From contig DASCRU010000070.1 in assembly GCA_034400015.1 (NCBI GenBank), positions 1-39,157 of the forward strand: 39,157 nucleotides of DNA, in the 5' to 3' direction. The translations under genes and the position numbers were made by a program. Shown piece by piece: positions 24,837 through 33,835 of this stretch (position 1 is the stretch's first letter; every line of letters begins with the position of its first letter). Below the pieces are notes generated by a model. The model saw only the letters and a program-made list of their open reading frames with translations, was not told where the DNA came from and ran no database searches. The stretch comes from Candidatus Thalassarchaeaceae archaeon. GTDB taxonomy: Archaea; Thermoplasmatota; Poseidoniia; Poseidoniales; Thalassarchaeaceae.

Positions 24837-26791
24837 TTTCTTCCTTCCAACATTCTAGCTTCAATCTCGTGGCCCGGAAGACAATTCAAAACATCATTTG
24901 CCTCCAACCATCCCTTTCTTGCAATTTGCACCCCAAACCACACATCTTTCAGTCCTTGAGTTGAGTGTGCATCAGGATTGATTACAATAGGGACTCCCTG
25001 TGATTTTGCATATTTGCAAAGCCGCCAATCCAAATCCAATCTATATGGGCTTGCATTAATTTCACAGGCCTTCAGTAATCCGTCAGAATTTAATTCTCCC
25101 ATTCTTCTCAGAACTGCATGCATGTCCACAGGAAACCCATCTCTTCCCCCGATGATTCTTCCAGTTGGATGACCAAGAATAGTGAAGGTGGGATCTTCAA
25201 TGGCTTTGATTAAATTCTCAGTATTCTCAATTTCATCACGATTCTTCCATGATCCAAGAGCATGAACACTTCCAACTACATGTGTGAATTCCCGTCTAAT
25301 ATTTTCTGGATAATCCAATTTCCCATCAGGTAATATATCGCATTCAGAACCATGTAGGATACGAAAATCAGTTTCTGAGTCTAACCATTTTTCATTCATT
25401 TCCCGTATTTCGTTGCCCTGTTCGAAAACCATGTCTTGAGGTACTCCAATGCTTCTTCCTCCAATGTTGAGTACTTCTGAATGATCAGCAATTCCCAAGA
25501 ATTCCCATCCCAAGGCGATTGCAGCATCAGCCATTTCAGTCAATGAAGCAGCCCCATCAGACGCAGTCGTGTGGTTATGTAACGCTCCTTTAATTTGCTC
25601 AGGAACCAATAGATGAGGGAGTGTTCCCGACGACGCTGCCTCAATTTCTCCCATATCTTCTCTCATTTCTGGGGCGACCCAATCCATCTTTAGATGCTGA
25701 TATATTTCTTTTTCATTGTCAGCAGGCATTCCATTTGCTGCTGCTTCTAATCCTTTCATATCCCCTAGACCTTCAAGTGGGAATAATCCAAATTCATTGA
25801 GCCTTAATCCCATGTCTAAAGCACGTTGTCGCATTCTAACGTTGTGTTCTTTACTTCCAGTGAAATAGGCCATTGTGTAAGCAAAAACATGAGGTGGAAC
25901 CAATCTGACTTGTGCATCTATTGTTGAGTTTGATTCTAATTCTTCCCATGCTTCACCTCCTAGAGCAGCAAGAACTCCTCCATCAATCATTGATCCTGAA
26001 GATGCATCATCAAAGAGGGTTGATTCAAGAATTAGACTAATTTTTGAATCTCCAGCGCCCTTCACTTCTGCAATTCCAGGAATTGCAAGTATTGCCTCAG
26101 TCACCTCTTCAAGATCGCTTTTTTCTACAGCTGCAACAACATCCAAATCACCAATCGACTCTTTTCGTCGTCTGGCTGAGCCTGCAAGCTGTGCTTTTTT
26201 GACACCGGGAATTGATGAAATCCTCCCCTCAAATGCTTCTCCATAGAGTAGCCCAATGTCTAGACGTCGCCGTCCAGTGAAGCGAGCCAATAATTCGATT
26301 CCTTCTAAAATCCGTTCTTCCATTTTTTTGCCCATACGAGGTAGTTTGCTTAGGGCTCCATCTTCAGCCGCAGAGCGTAGTTCAGCAATACTTTCTATTC
26401 CAAGTTCATCGTGAAACTGTTTGATTCTCTTAGGGCCTAGGCCTGGAATTCCTAGCATTGCGATTAATCCCTTTGGGACCTTTTCATAAAGTGAATCTAG
26501 CCCCCCCCATGATCCTTCTTTCATTGCTTCGTCAATTAGTCCAGCAATTCCTTTGCCAATCCCTTTGATATCAATCAATAAACCACCATTCACTGTTTCC
26601 CATAGATCTTCTTCATGTGCAGAGAGGCTTCTAGAAGCATTTTCATATGCTCTTACTCGAAATGGATTTGCTCCATCTAATTGCAACAATGTTCCTACTT
26701 GTTCTAGAACGGTAATAATCTGACTTTTGGTGAAGAATGGTGGTTCTTTCCTTCGTGAACGGGGCAAAACCCAACCGTGAACACTCACCAT
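24833..26791 (-). CDS. polX: Family X DNA polymerase with C-terminal PHP phosphoesterase domain (PolX)
   Basis: The N-terminus is NPFRVRAYENASRSL. HhH motifs are IKGIGKGIA and IPGLGPKRI. The catalytic motif is GSARRRKESIGDLDVV. The PHP motif is LHNHTTASDG, plus HSEV and GSECD. Its stop overlaps the nth start by ATGA. Confidence 0.85.
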   Translation of the reverse strand: MVSVHGWVLPRSRRKEPPFFTKSQIITVLEQVGTLLQLDGANPFRVRAYENASRSLSAHEEDLWETVNGGLLIDIKGIGKGIAGLIDEAMKEGSWGGLDSLYEKVPKGLIAMLGIPGLGPKRIKQFHDELGIESIAELRSAAEDGALSKLPRMGKKMEERILEGIELLARFTGRRRLDIGLLYGEAFEGRISSIPGVKKAQLAGSARRRKESIGDLDVVAAVEKSDLEEVTEAILAIPGIAEVKGAGDSKISLILESTLFDDASSGSMIDGGVLAALGGEAWEELESNSTIDAQVRLVPPHVFAYTMAYFTGSKEHNVRMRQRALDMGLRLNEFGLFPLEGLGDMKGLEAAANGMPADNEKEIYQHLKMDWVAPEMREDMGEIEAASSGTLPHLLVPEQIKGALHNHTTASDGAASLTEMADAAIALGWEFLGIADHSEVLNIGGRSIGVPQDMVFEQGNEIREMNEKWLDSETDFRILHGSECDILPDGKLDYPENIRREFTHVVGSVHALGSWKNRDEIENTENLIKAIEDPTFTILGHPTGRIIGGRDGFPVDMHAVLRRMGELNSDGLLKACEINASPYRLDLDWRLCKYAKSQGVPIVINPDAHSTQGLKDVWFGVQIARKGWLEANDVLNCLPGHEIEARMLEGRK

Positions 26792-26884
26792 GAAACTTGG
26801 TTGTTCACGGGGGGTCTTGAATCATCTTCTTACTTTGCTCAATATCAAAGACTGGCAATTCTAGTTTAGTTCGGAGGCGAGTGT

Positions 26885-27223
26885 ATGCTGGAGTTTTTTG
26901 CATCCGCCCTTTCTTGGTCTTGTGGACTTATTATCGTGATTTGGATTTCGATTGGAACACTTGCTCGTTCGGAGAAAATTGAACGTTTATCTCACAATAT
27001 TATGACTTTACTTTGTTTGTTAACCGCGACAGGTCTAGTTGTTTTCCATTTTTCAGGAGGTGTTTTCTGGGGGTCACCGCCTATGGCTAATTTCCTCGCT
27101 CTAGTGTTAGTTGTGATGGGGTTGACCAGCCAGATAATTCCAATTAATGGAGAAGAGATTCAAGGTGAACCCAACCCCCATCATCTGATGAAGATGCGTC
27201 GAGAGAGGGGCGAAGAAGAATAA
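26885..27223 (+). CDS. Small membrane protein (about 3 TM), function unknown
   Basis: 112 aa. GGAGG lies 7 nt upstream of the ATG. The hydrophobic segments are CGLIIVIWISIGTL, LLCLLTATGLVVF and FLALVLVVMGL. The tail is charged. Confidence 0.55.
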   Translation: MLEFFASALSWSCGLIIVIWISIGTLARSEKIERLSHNIMTLLCLLTATGLVVFHFSGGVFWGSPPMANFLALVLVVMGLTSQIIPINGEEIQGEPNPHHLMKMRRERGEEE

Positions 27224-27235
27224 TCATTCAACTTC

Positions 27236-27514
27236 TTAGGATTCATTTGCAAGTTTTTCATCGATGAATTGCCGCATATATTCGGGTAACTCTCCATTTT
27301 GGAACACTACATCGTTCACGTCTTCCAATTGCATCAAGGAATAGTAGATCTGCATAGCAGTCATGGGCGTTGAACCACATCCCGTACAACCGCCTTCAAG
27401 AGAGATCATGATGATTCCATCAGTAGTGTCTACAACGTTTACTATTCCATCATGTGCATCTAGTACGGCCTGAACAGGGCCTACCGAATCTAGGATGAGT
27501 TGCTTGTCGACCAC
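27236..27514 (-). CDS. NifU C-terminal domain-like (Nfu-type) Fe-S cluster scaffold/carrier protein
   Basis: 92 aa with a GTG start. It contains LDAHDGIVNVVDTTDGIIMISLEGGCTGCGSTPMT, which carries the Nfu CxxC motif in its usual context. Confidence 0.7.
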   Translation of the reverse strand: MVDKQLILDSVGPVQAVLDAHDGIVNVVDTTDGIIMISLEGGCTGCGSTPMTAMQIYYSLMQLEDVNDVVFQNGELPEYMRQFIDEKLANES

Positions 27515-27634
27515 AATTTACGCACTATGTCCTCCCCTATCAACCAACTCATGCAATAACCTGTTTTTTGGGGTGTATGGCGATTATTGAATACTCTTCA
27601 AAAAGGTAGAGAATTGAATTCGTATCGGTCTCCA

Positions 27635-27644
27635 TTAAATATAG
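27635..27644 (+). promoter_or_regulatory. Candidate TATA box for hppA
   Basis: TTAAATATAG lies about 40 nt upstream of ATG 27679. AGGTGA (27669-27674) sits between the presumed TSS and the start. Confidence 0.3.
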
Positions 27645-27678
27645 GTCGATTTTCGCGTTGACGGAATAGGTGAATTAA

Positions 27679-29790
27679 ATGAGTGTTCTAACCCCTGAAC
27701 AATTAGCACAACTAGGCGTCGGATTGGCTGTTTTCGGATTGATTGCAGCGTTTGTCCTTTATCGCAGGAATGATTCAATCGAGATTGATAATGAAACAGT
27801 CTCTGATATTACAAATCAGATACAGAATGGAGCGATGGCTTTCTTGTATGCTGAATATCGATATCTTGCTGTGTTTGTTTTAGTTGTTGCAGGCCTACTT
27901 CTCGGAGGTGGCCAGATGAACGATGATTTAGGAATGGAGACTGCAGTAGCTTTCCTTCTTGGAGCATTCACTTCTGTAATGGCAGGGTATTCTGGAATGC
28001 GTAGTGCTACTTCTGCAAATGGAAGAACTGCAATGGCTGCCAAGAATGGCGGGCAACCTGCTGCACTTCTTGTTTCATTTAACGGTGGAGCTGTGATGGG
28101 ACTTGCTGTAGGTGGATTAGGCTTACTGGGTGTCTCTTCGATGTATCTTTGGTTGGGTCAAGATTTCAGTACGGTAGGGTCCATTGCCGGTTTCGGAATG
28201 GGTGCATCTAGCATTGCACTTTTCGCCCGTGTAGGCGGTGGAATTTACACGAAGGCTGCTGATGTGGGCGCAGATCTTGTTGGCAAGGTAGAGGCGGGAA
28301 TTCCGGAAGATGATCCGCGTAATCCAGGTGTGATTGCAGACAATGTAGGTGATAACGTAGGAGATGTAGCAGGAATGGGTGCAGATATCTTCGAATCCTT
28401 CGTTGGTTCGATTATTGCTGCAATGGTAATCGCTGCTTCTTCTGGTGCAGCTGCAATGGCCGCTGGGAATATCCCCGGAGCACAGTACTATGGTGCATTG
28501 GTTCTCTTGCCAGTGGCACTAGCATTGGTTGGTTATCTTGCTAGTATCATCGGCGTGTTCTCGATGTCGTTCTTGAAGAACATGGATGATGCCGCAGCAG
28601 CTTTACGATACACTACTTTCATTGGTGCTGGTTTGTTTTGGGCAGGTGGATACCTGATAATGGGGCCTAACGGAATGGATCTCCCCAACTATGACCCACT
28701 GTATGCAGTAATAGCAGGTTCAATAGTTGGTATTCTCATTGGTCTTGTAACTGAGTATTATACTGGAATTGAACCAGTGATGGGGCTGCCTGTGAGAGAT
28801 ATCCCATATATTGGTGAGATGTCGAAGACCGGCCCTGCTACCAATGCAATTGCAGGTCTTTCTGTAGGGATGAAATCGGTATTCGTTCCAATTCTTCTAA
28901 TGGCGATTGGCATCTACATTGCCAACGATTTCGCAGGATTATATGGAATCGCAATGGCTGCAATGGGTATGCTTGCCACAGTCGGAGTTACAATGACTGT
29001 TGATGCATATGGTCCAGTTGCTGATAACGCAGGCGGGATCGCGGAGATGAGCAAACTTGGCTCAGATGTTCGTGAGATTACAGACGCCTTAGATTCGATA
29101 GGAAATACCACTGCTGCAGTTGGCAAAGGCTTCGCAATTGGAAGTGCTGCATTAACTGCCTTAGCTCTCTTCGCAGCGTTCAAGTCGGCTGTTGATGCGG
29201 CAACTCCAGGATTTACAATGGAGTTGACAGATCCTATGGTAGTAATTGGCCTCCTTATTGGTGGTTCTCTTCCATTCGTGGTAGCTGCAATGACTATGAC
29301 TAGCGTTGGAAAGGCTGCTGGCGACATGGTCACTGAAATTCGCCGTCAGTTCCGCGAGATAGAGGGCTTGCTTGAAGGAAAGCCGGGTGTAAAGCCAGAT
29401 AGTGCAAGATGTGTTGACATTTCTACCAAGGCTGCACTTAGGGAGATGATTCCTCCAGGAGTAGTTGCTGTATCTTCCCCAGTAATTGTTGGATTGATTT
29501 TAGGTCCTGCCGCATTGGGCGGACTTCTTGCTGGCGCCACAGTAACAGGTGTACTCATGGCTTTGTTTATGGCAAATGCTGGTGGAGCATGGGATAATGC
29601 GAAGAAGGCGATTGAACAAGGCCACATTGAAGGTGCAGAGAAGGGCGATGCGGCTCATTCTGCTGCCGTAATTGGTGATACCATTGGTGATCCATTCAAG
29701 GATACTTCTGGACCTTCGTTGAATATTCTAATCAAGTTGATGAGTATCGTGAGTCTTGTGATTGTTCCATTGCTCCCAGCAATTGTTTAA
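27679..29790 (+). CDS. hppA: Membrane-bound cation-translocating pyrophosphatase (K+-dependent type)
   Basis: Contains [50 protein letters not shown] and [32 protein letters not shown] has Ala, not Lys, at the K+-dependence position. Confidence 0.92.
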   Translation: MSVLTPEQLAQLGVGLAVFGLIAAFVLYRRNDSIEIDNETVSDITNQIQNGAMAFLYAEYRYLAVFVLVVAGLLLGGGQMNDDLGMETAVAFLLGAFTSVMAGYSGMRSATSANGRTAMAAKNGGQPAALLVSFNGGAVMGLAVGGLGLLGVSSMYLWLGQDFSTVGSIAGFGMGASSIALFARVGGGIYTKAADVGADLVGKVEAGIPEDDPRNPGVIADNVGDNVGDVAGMGADIFESFVGSIIAAMVIAASSGAAAMAAGNIPGAQYYGALVLLPVALALVGYLASIIGVFSMSFLKNMDDAAAALRYTTFIGAGLFWAGGYLIMGPNGMDLPNYDPLYAVIAGSIVGILIGLVTEYYTGIEPVMGLPVRDIPYIGEMSKTGPATNAIAGLSVGMKSVFVPILLMAIGIYIANDFAGLYGIAMAAMGMLATVGVTMTVDAYGPVADNAGGIAEMSKLGSDVREITDALDSIGNTTAAVGKGFAIGSAALTALALFAAFKSAVDAATPGFTMELTDPMVVIGLLIGGSLPFVVAAMTMTSVGKAAGDMVTEIRRQFREIEGLLEGKPGVKPDSARCVDISTKAALREMIPPGVVAVSSPVIVGLILGPAALGGLLAGATVTGVLMALFMANAGGAWDNAKKAIEQGHIEGAEKGDAAHSAAVIGDTIGDPFKDTSGPSLNILIKLMSIVSLVIVPLLPAIV

Positions 29791-29895
29791 TTGATGAGTA
29801 TAGTTGCAGTTGTAAATGCTTGATTCTTGGTGAGGGTCACCTTTTCTGAGCAGTATACCCGTATACTGAAAAATAACATCGCTGTGGGCAGTAAT

Positions 29896-30852
29896 ATGCG
29901 TGCTTACTTGTTGTCGCTATTGATGATGACAGTCAGCCTTACGGGCTGTATCAGTGATGAGGTAATTACAGAATCTAATATTGGTAATACTACCCAAGAC
30001 GAATTAGCCCTGCCTGAATGGCAAATCGGTGAGCAGTGGCTGTACACGTTCATCACTCCAGAGTTTGGAGAAGACAGTACTCGCTTAGTAGTCGCAGATA
30101 TTCGTGAGGACGAAGGCTTATTCATGCTAGGTATCCCGTCAGAAGGAGAAGCTCAAAGACATGCAGTAATCAATCACAATCCATTCTTAGGCAGAGTAAC
30201 AATGGACGGTTTGTCTGTTTATGAGAATGGGGAGCCTCAGCCAGTTTTTAATTTCCCTTGGGAAGTTGGCAACACTTGGGATTTTAGACTCTTAGGCCAA
30301 GATTGGAGTGCAAATACCGACAATATCTACAACGGAGAAGTCACAGTTTCTGCAACATCGAGTGAAGACCACACTCTTAGTTATGTATTTAGTGGCCGTG
30401 AGGGTTTCATCAAGAGCCTCCTTTGGACTGACAATGAGGGTGTGGATCATTTACAAATAAATCTCAATGAAAAGAAAACTGGCTATTCTGGAGATGTTTT
30501 CTTTTACCGCGCTGGGGACATACATGATAATTTGTATGAGGAAAATGATCAAGAAATTTATGATACATTTCTCGATGAAGGGTATTCTCCAAACGAGGCA
30601 TGGGATACTTTAGTTTGGTATTTAGATGTTGAAATAAGTCAGCAAGGTGGCTCAGGTTCACTTAGTATCAAAGATCACCAAGGTGCTTCCCCTTTGACTC
30701 GAGCATGGGGTGCAGGAGCAACAGAAAAGGGTTCATTTGGCACCATTCCATCTAATTCCGGCGAGCATTCAATCACCGTCACTGTAAGAGGTCAAGATTC
30801 TTTTGTTCACCTCAAAGTTGCCGGTGCTCTTGTTCGTTCTTGGACATTGTGA
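29896..30852 (+). CDS. Putative lipoprotein, function unknown
   Basis: The start at ATG 29896 gives MRAYLLSLLMMTVSLTGC, a signal peptide with a lipobox-like LTGC. The ORF-track start at 29827 adds a non-signal extension. It shares the PEW.[VI]G[DE].W.Y motif with the 3873-7604 protein. Confidence 0.6.
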   Translation: MRAYLLSLLMMTVSLTGCISDEVITESNIGNTTQDELALPEWQIGEQWLYTFITPEFGEDSTRLVVADIREDEGLFMLGIPSEGEAQRHAVINHNPFLGRVTMDGLSVYENGEPQPVFNFPWEVGNTWDFRLLGQDWSANTDNIYNGEVTVSATSSEDHTLSYVFSGREGFIKSLLWTDNEGVDHLQINLNEKKTGYSGDVFFYRAGDIHDNLYEENDQEIYDTFLDEGYSPNEAWDTLVWYLDVEISQQGGSGSLSIKDHQGASPLTRAWGAGATEKGSFGTIPSNSGEHSITVTVRGQDSFVHLKVAGALVRSWTL

Positions 30853-30861
30853 GGTTGCAAC

Positions 30862-31452
30862 ATGCCTTCACTCGTGATGATGCACGGTTTGACAGGTACT
30901 GCGAATTTGATCCGTCCTCTTGCTGAATCTTTGCTTTCTCCTGGAATGAATTTGATACTTCCAGAAGCAACAATTCCTCATCCAAAACGTGGTTTTGCTT
31001 GGTGGTTACGTGATGAACCTCCCAGTGAACCGTTGAATAGTTTCTCTCTTATGGAAGTAGATGAATCTGTAGAATCAATTGTTGATGTTATCAATCTCGA
31101 ATCATCTGATGAAAAATTGATTCTTGCAGGGTTTTCTCAAGGCGCAGCTATGGCTACTGAAGTTTTCATGCACAAAAAAATCCAACATCGGGTTCTTGGA
31201 ATGGTTTTAATTTCTGGAAAAGCAATTCGTCCTAAAGAGTTGTATGAGGCTTTATTGGATAATCCAATACCCGTTGTTTGGATGCATGGAGATAGGGATA
31301 AAATAGTGTCAATAGAACAGGCGCATGAATTGTCTAATCTAATTGAGAAGGCAAATTGTTCGATATTGAAACTTCAACATCATAAAGGACACATGGTCGA
31401 TTTGAATCAGAAAAATTTGATTATTGAGTGGATTCGTTTAGTCTCAAAATAA
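30862..31452 (+). CDS. Phospholipase/carboxylesterase-family alpha/beta hydrolase
   Basis: The nucleophile elbow is LAGFSQGAAMA (GxSxG). The acid is in WMHGDRDKIV and the His is in HHKGHMV. It is about 196 aa. GAGG lies upstream of the ATG. Confidence 0.7.
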   Translation: MPSLVMMHGLTGTANLIRPLAESLLSPGMNLILPEATIPHPKRGFAWWLRDEPPSEPLNSFSLMEVDESVESIVDVINLESSDEKLILAGFSQGAAMATEVFMHKKIQHRVLGMVLISGKAIRPKELYEALLDNPIPVVWMHGDRDKIVSIEQAHELSNLIEKANCSILKLQHHKGHMVDLNQKNLIIEWIRLVSK

Positions 31453-31714
31453 GTTCGTCAGATCCGCCTACGAATATTGGCTGTTCATTTCTCAAATCCC
31501 AAATGATTGGTACTGTTCGCCATCCAGTTTTTTCCCTTGCTTCAAGATGGATATCAAGTTCTTCATTTCCATTGATTTCAAAATACGAATAACCCTTTGC
31601 ATCTAAGATATTTTTAGCCCTTATGCAATAATAACAAACATTTGTAGAAATCATCAAAAAATCAGTTTTTGATTCTAGAGCTAGATCTAGATTCATTCTT
31701 TCACCAACAATCAT
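31421..31714 (-). CDS. Glutaredoxin/NrdH-like small redoxin with CYYC active site
   Basis: Contains MISTNVCYYCIRAKNILDAKGYSY...RTVPIIWDL..QPIFVGGSDEL, the glutaredoxin fold pattern (CxxC ... TVP ... GG.dd). The start is either ATG 31714 (ATGA overlap with the upstream stop) or ATG 31696. The 3' end overlaps the convergent esterase gene by 32 nt. Confidence 0.65.
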   Translation of the reverse strand: MIVGERMNLDLALESKTDFLMISTNVCYYCIRAKNILDAKGYSYFEINGNEELDIHLEAREKTGWRTVPIIWDLRNEQPIFVGGSDELILRLNESTQ

Positions 31715-32595
31715 TCCATTGATTCATTATTTTGAACTACTAGGCCATCGTTATCAAATTCCCATTCAATCACTGTCCAACCCGCTTCTTCACATGTCAT
31801 TTTCACGACATCTTGGGCACTTGGTCGTACCAAAATAGCTGCACAACCTCCTCCTCCCGCACCCACTGCTTTCCACGCCATCACATGTTTTGCTTCAATC
31901 AATGGTTCAATTACTGGTTTGAATGGCGCGTGTATATTTTCATCAATTAGGTCTACTCCATTACATACTTGTTTCAAGGATTCAACTACAGCATCTCTTC
32001 GATCTCTATTGAGACCTTCAGCCATTTTTTTTGCAGCAGTTCGCAGCAATAGCAATCCTTCTTCTACTGCAGAATCACCTTGTTTGAATCTCTCCCAAAC
32101 ACTCTTGTGCATATCTCCAGAAACGTGTTGAATGCCACAATCGACCAAAATTAGATGTTTAGATAACCAGTTTGTTGAACTAGTCAAAGGTTCTAATGGG
32201 AGTTGTTCTACTCTCTCCCCAATGAAAAGTAAATGGTTGAATCCTCCAAGTGCTGCAGCCCATTGGTCCTGTCTACCTCCTATATTTCCCAATTGCATCT
32301 CAAACTTGTATGCCTGCTCTGCAATATCTAGAGGGGCGGACTTTCCACCATCAATAGCAGCTAGAAGTGCAACATTGACTGCACCAGTTGTGCCAAGGCC
32401 TGAACCAAGTCTGGAATTGCTTCTATAGTTAGCAATTAACATTCCATCTTCATTGGTACTAACATTGGCTTCTGCATGTATTTTGATTGCAAAATTCACT
32501 ACTTCTCCACCATACTTCTCAGCGAAGATTGGAACATCTGTCCAACCACCTGCTAGGTCTATCCTAGTAGGTGCTTTAGCAGAAGTAGATCTCAT
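31711..32595 (-). CDS. GHMP-family sugar kinase (HddA/fucokinase-like subgroup)
   Basis: Contains APTRIDLAGGWTDVP, motif II RLGSGLGTTGAVNVA, GGRQDQWAAALGG (the G.QDQ.aa.GG signature of the heptose/fucose kinase subgroup), and motif III AVGAGGGGC. GGAGGGGG lies upstream. ATGA overlaps occur at both ends. Confidence 0.7.
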   Translation of the reverse strand: MRSTSAKAPTRIDLAGGWTDVPIFAEKYGGEVVNFAIKIHAEANVSTNEDGMLIANYRSNSRLGSGLGTTGAVNVALLAAIDGGKSAPLDIAEQAYKFEMQLGNIGGRQDQWAAALGGFNHLLFIGERVEQLPLEPLTSSTNWLSKHLILVDCGIQHVSGDMHKSVWERFKQGDSAVEEGLLLLRTAAKKMAEGLNRDRRDAVVESLKQVCNGVDLIDENIHAPFKPVIEPLIEAKHVMAWKAVGAGGGGCAAILVRPSAQDVVKMTCEEAGWTVIEWEFDNDGLVVQNNESME

Positions 32596-33794
32596 TGTTC
32601 CCCCTCCGGGAAGCCCAATGCAATACGATTTCTCTGATGGTTTACATTAGTCACGATAACCCTCACAGATTGGCCCCTAGGATACAGAGTCTTGAGGTTG
32701 TCGAGTCCAAGATTCGGAATCATGCTCATTGGTATCAATCCATTCATATTCGGTTGTAGTTCTACGAAAAGACCATGTTTGTCGTGCCATCCATCTACTG
32801 TCCCCCTTACGATATCACCTTTTGAATATGGAATTCCTTCTAGCCTTGCTCTATCTCTCGGATCATTGTCTGTACTTCTCCCATAGTCAAAATGTTTGAT
32901 TCCGAGAATAGGGATTCCATCATCTAGATGCCCAGTTCCCGGCTGAATCCAGGGTACAGATAAATCAGGGTCTATTTCTGTTTCCAGGATTTCTTTAGTT
33001 CGAAGTCTAATTTTTATTCGAAGTAATGGGGTCTTGAACAATGTTCTGAACCATCCGCACACTGGTTCAATTGTGAAGCCACTAACTTTTGTTCTATCTA
33101 GAATATCTATTTCGTTGATCTTCATTTCTTGTTTTTCTTCTGGAACTTGTCCCCAACGAATTAGCCCCATTCCATCCTTTCCCCTATGTTGAATAGTGTC
33201 CCAAGTACCGAATAACTTCAATTTCTGAATAATATGCTGCCGTGTTTCATTGTTCATTCGATCTTCACCATCGAATAGGGATTTTATTCCCGTTGATTCT
33301 TTTAATTTCAATATTCTATGTTCTCCCATCATGTTGGATGTTGGTTCACTACTTCGATGGGTGAGAATTATTGCTGCCTTAATTGGGGGGGCATCATCAC
33401 CTACACCGCTTTGGATGATGGTTGGGCGTAGAATTCTACCAACTTGGTTGATACGATCATCAAGTCGATGGAAGGGGTAGTCAACTCCCCCTCTAGTTTG
33501 TTTCATACCTTCTTCTGAAACATCGATTTTCCCTTTCCAATGCTTTACTTCTATCAGAACAATCCCTTTGGGTGAAATTGCTATGATATCTATTTCAAAC
33601 CGGCCAACCGGTCTGTTTGGATCTGGAATCAAAACACCTGTTAGAAAGTGCCATCCTTGTGGACCCAATTTTTTGTCTAAATTTTTTCGGGCATTTTCTT
33701 CACCCATCAAACCTGCTTCTTCACCATGGTTCTTCTCTTCGATGGCCTCTATCATCCTCCTGCGGAGTTGAAACCTAGCGCGGAAACTGGTCAT
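32592..33794 (-). CDS. NERD (nuclease-related) domain protein fused to a C-terminal S1 RNA-binding domain
   Basis: The NERD core is GEENARKNL..GWHFLTGVLIP....GRFEIDIIAISPKGIVLIEVKHWKGKI (PD-(D/E)xK-like D...E.K). The C-terminal S1/OB domain is KGDIVRGTVDGWHDKHGLFVELQPNMNGLIPMSMIP...GQSVRVIVTNVNHQRNRIALGF. Confidence 0.7.
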   Translation of the reverse strand: MTSFRARFQLRRRMIEAIEEKNHGEEAGLMGEENARKNLDKKLGPQGWHFLTGVLIPDPNRPVGRFEIDIIAISPKGIVLIEVKHWKGKIDVSEEGMKQTRGGVDYPFHRLDDRINQVGRILRPTIIQSGVGDDAPPIKAAIILTHRSSEPTSNMMGEHRILKLKESTGIKSLFDGEDRMNNETRQHIIQKLKLFGTWDTIQHRGKDGMGLIRWGQVPEEKQEMKINEIDILDRTKVSGFTIEPVCGWFRTLFKTPLLRIKIRLRTKEILETEIDPDLSVPWIQPGTGHLDDGIPILGIKHFDYGRSTDNDPRDRARLEGIPYSKGDIVRGTVDGWHDKHGLFVELQPNMNGLIPMSMIPNLGLDNLKTLYPRGQSVRVIVTNVNHQRNRIALGFPEGEQ

Positions 33795-33835
33795 GTTGAT
33801 GCTTCAGATACTCCACGGTACATAGTACGAAGTGT

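Noticed and set aside
27515-27678. 164-bp intergenic region (also 26792-26884 and 37322-37413) scanned for tRNA, sRNA or C/D-box RNA.
   Set aside because: I saw no cloverleaf-compatible stems, no C (RUGAUGA) / D (CUGA) box pairs and no extended secondary structure. The content is consistent with divergent promoters.
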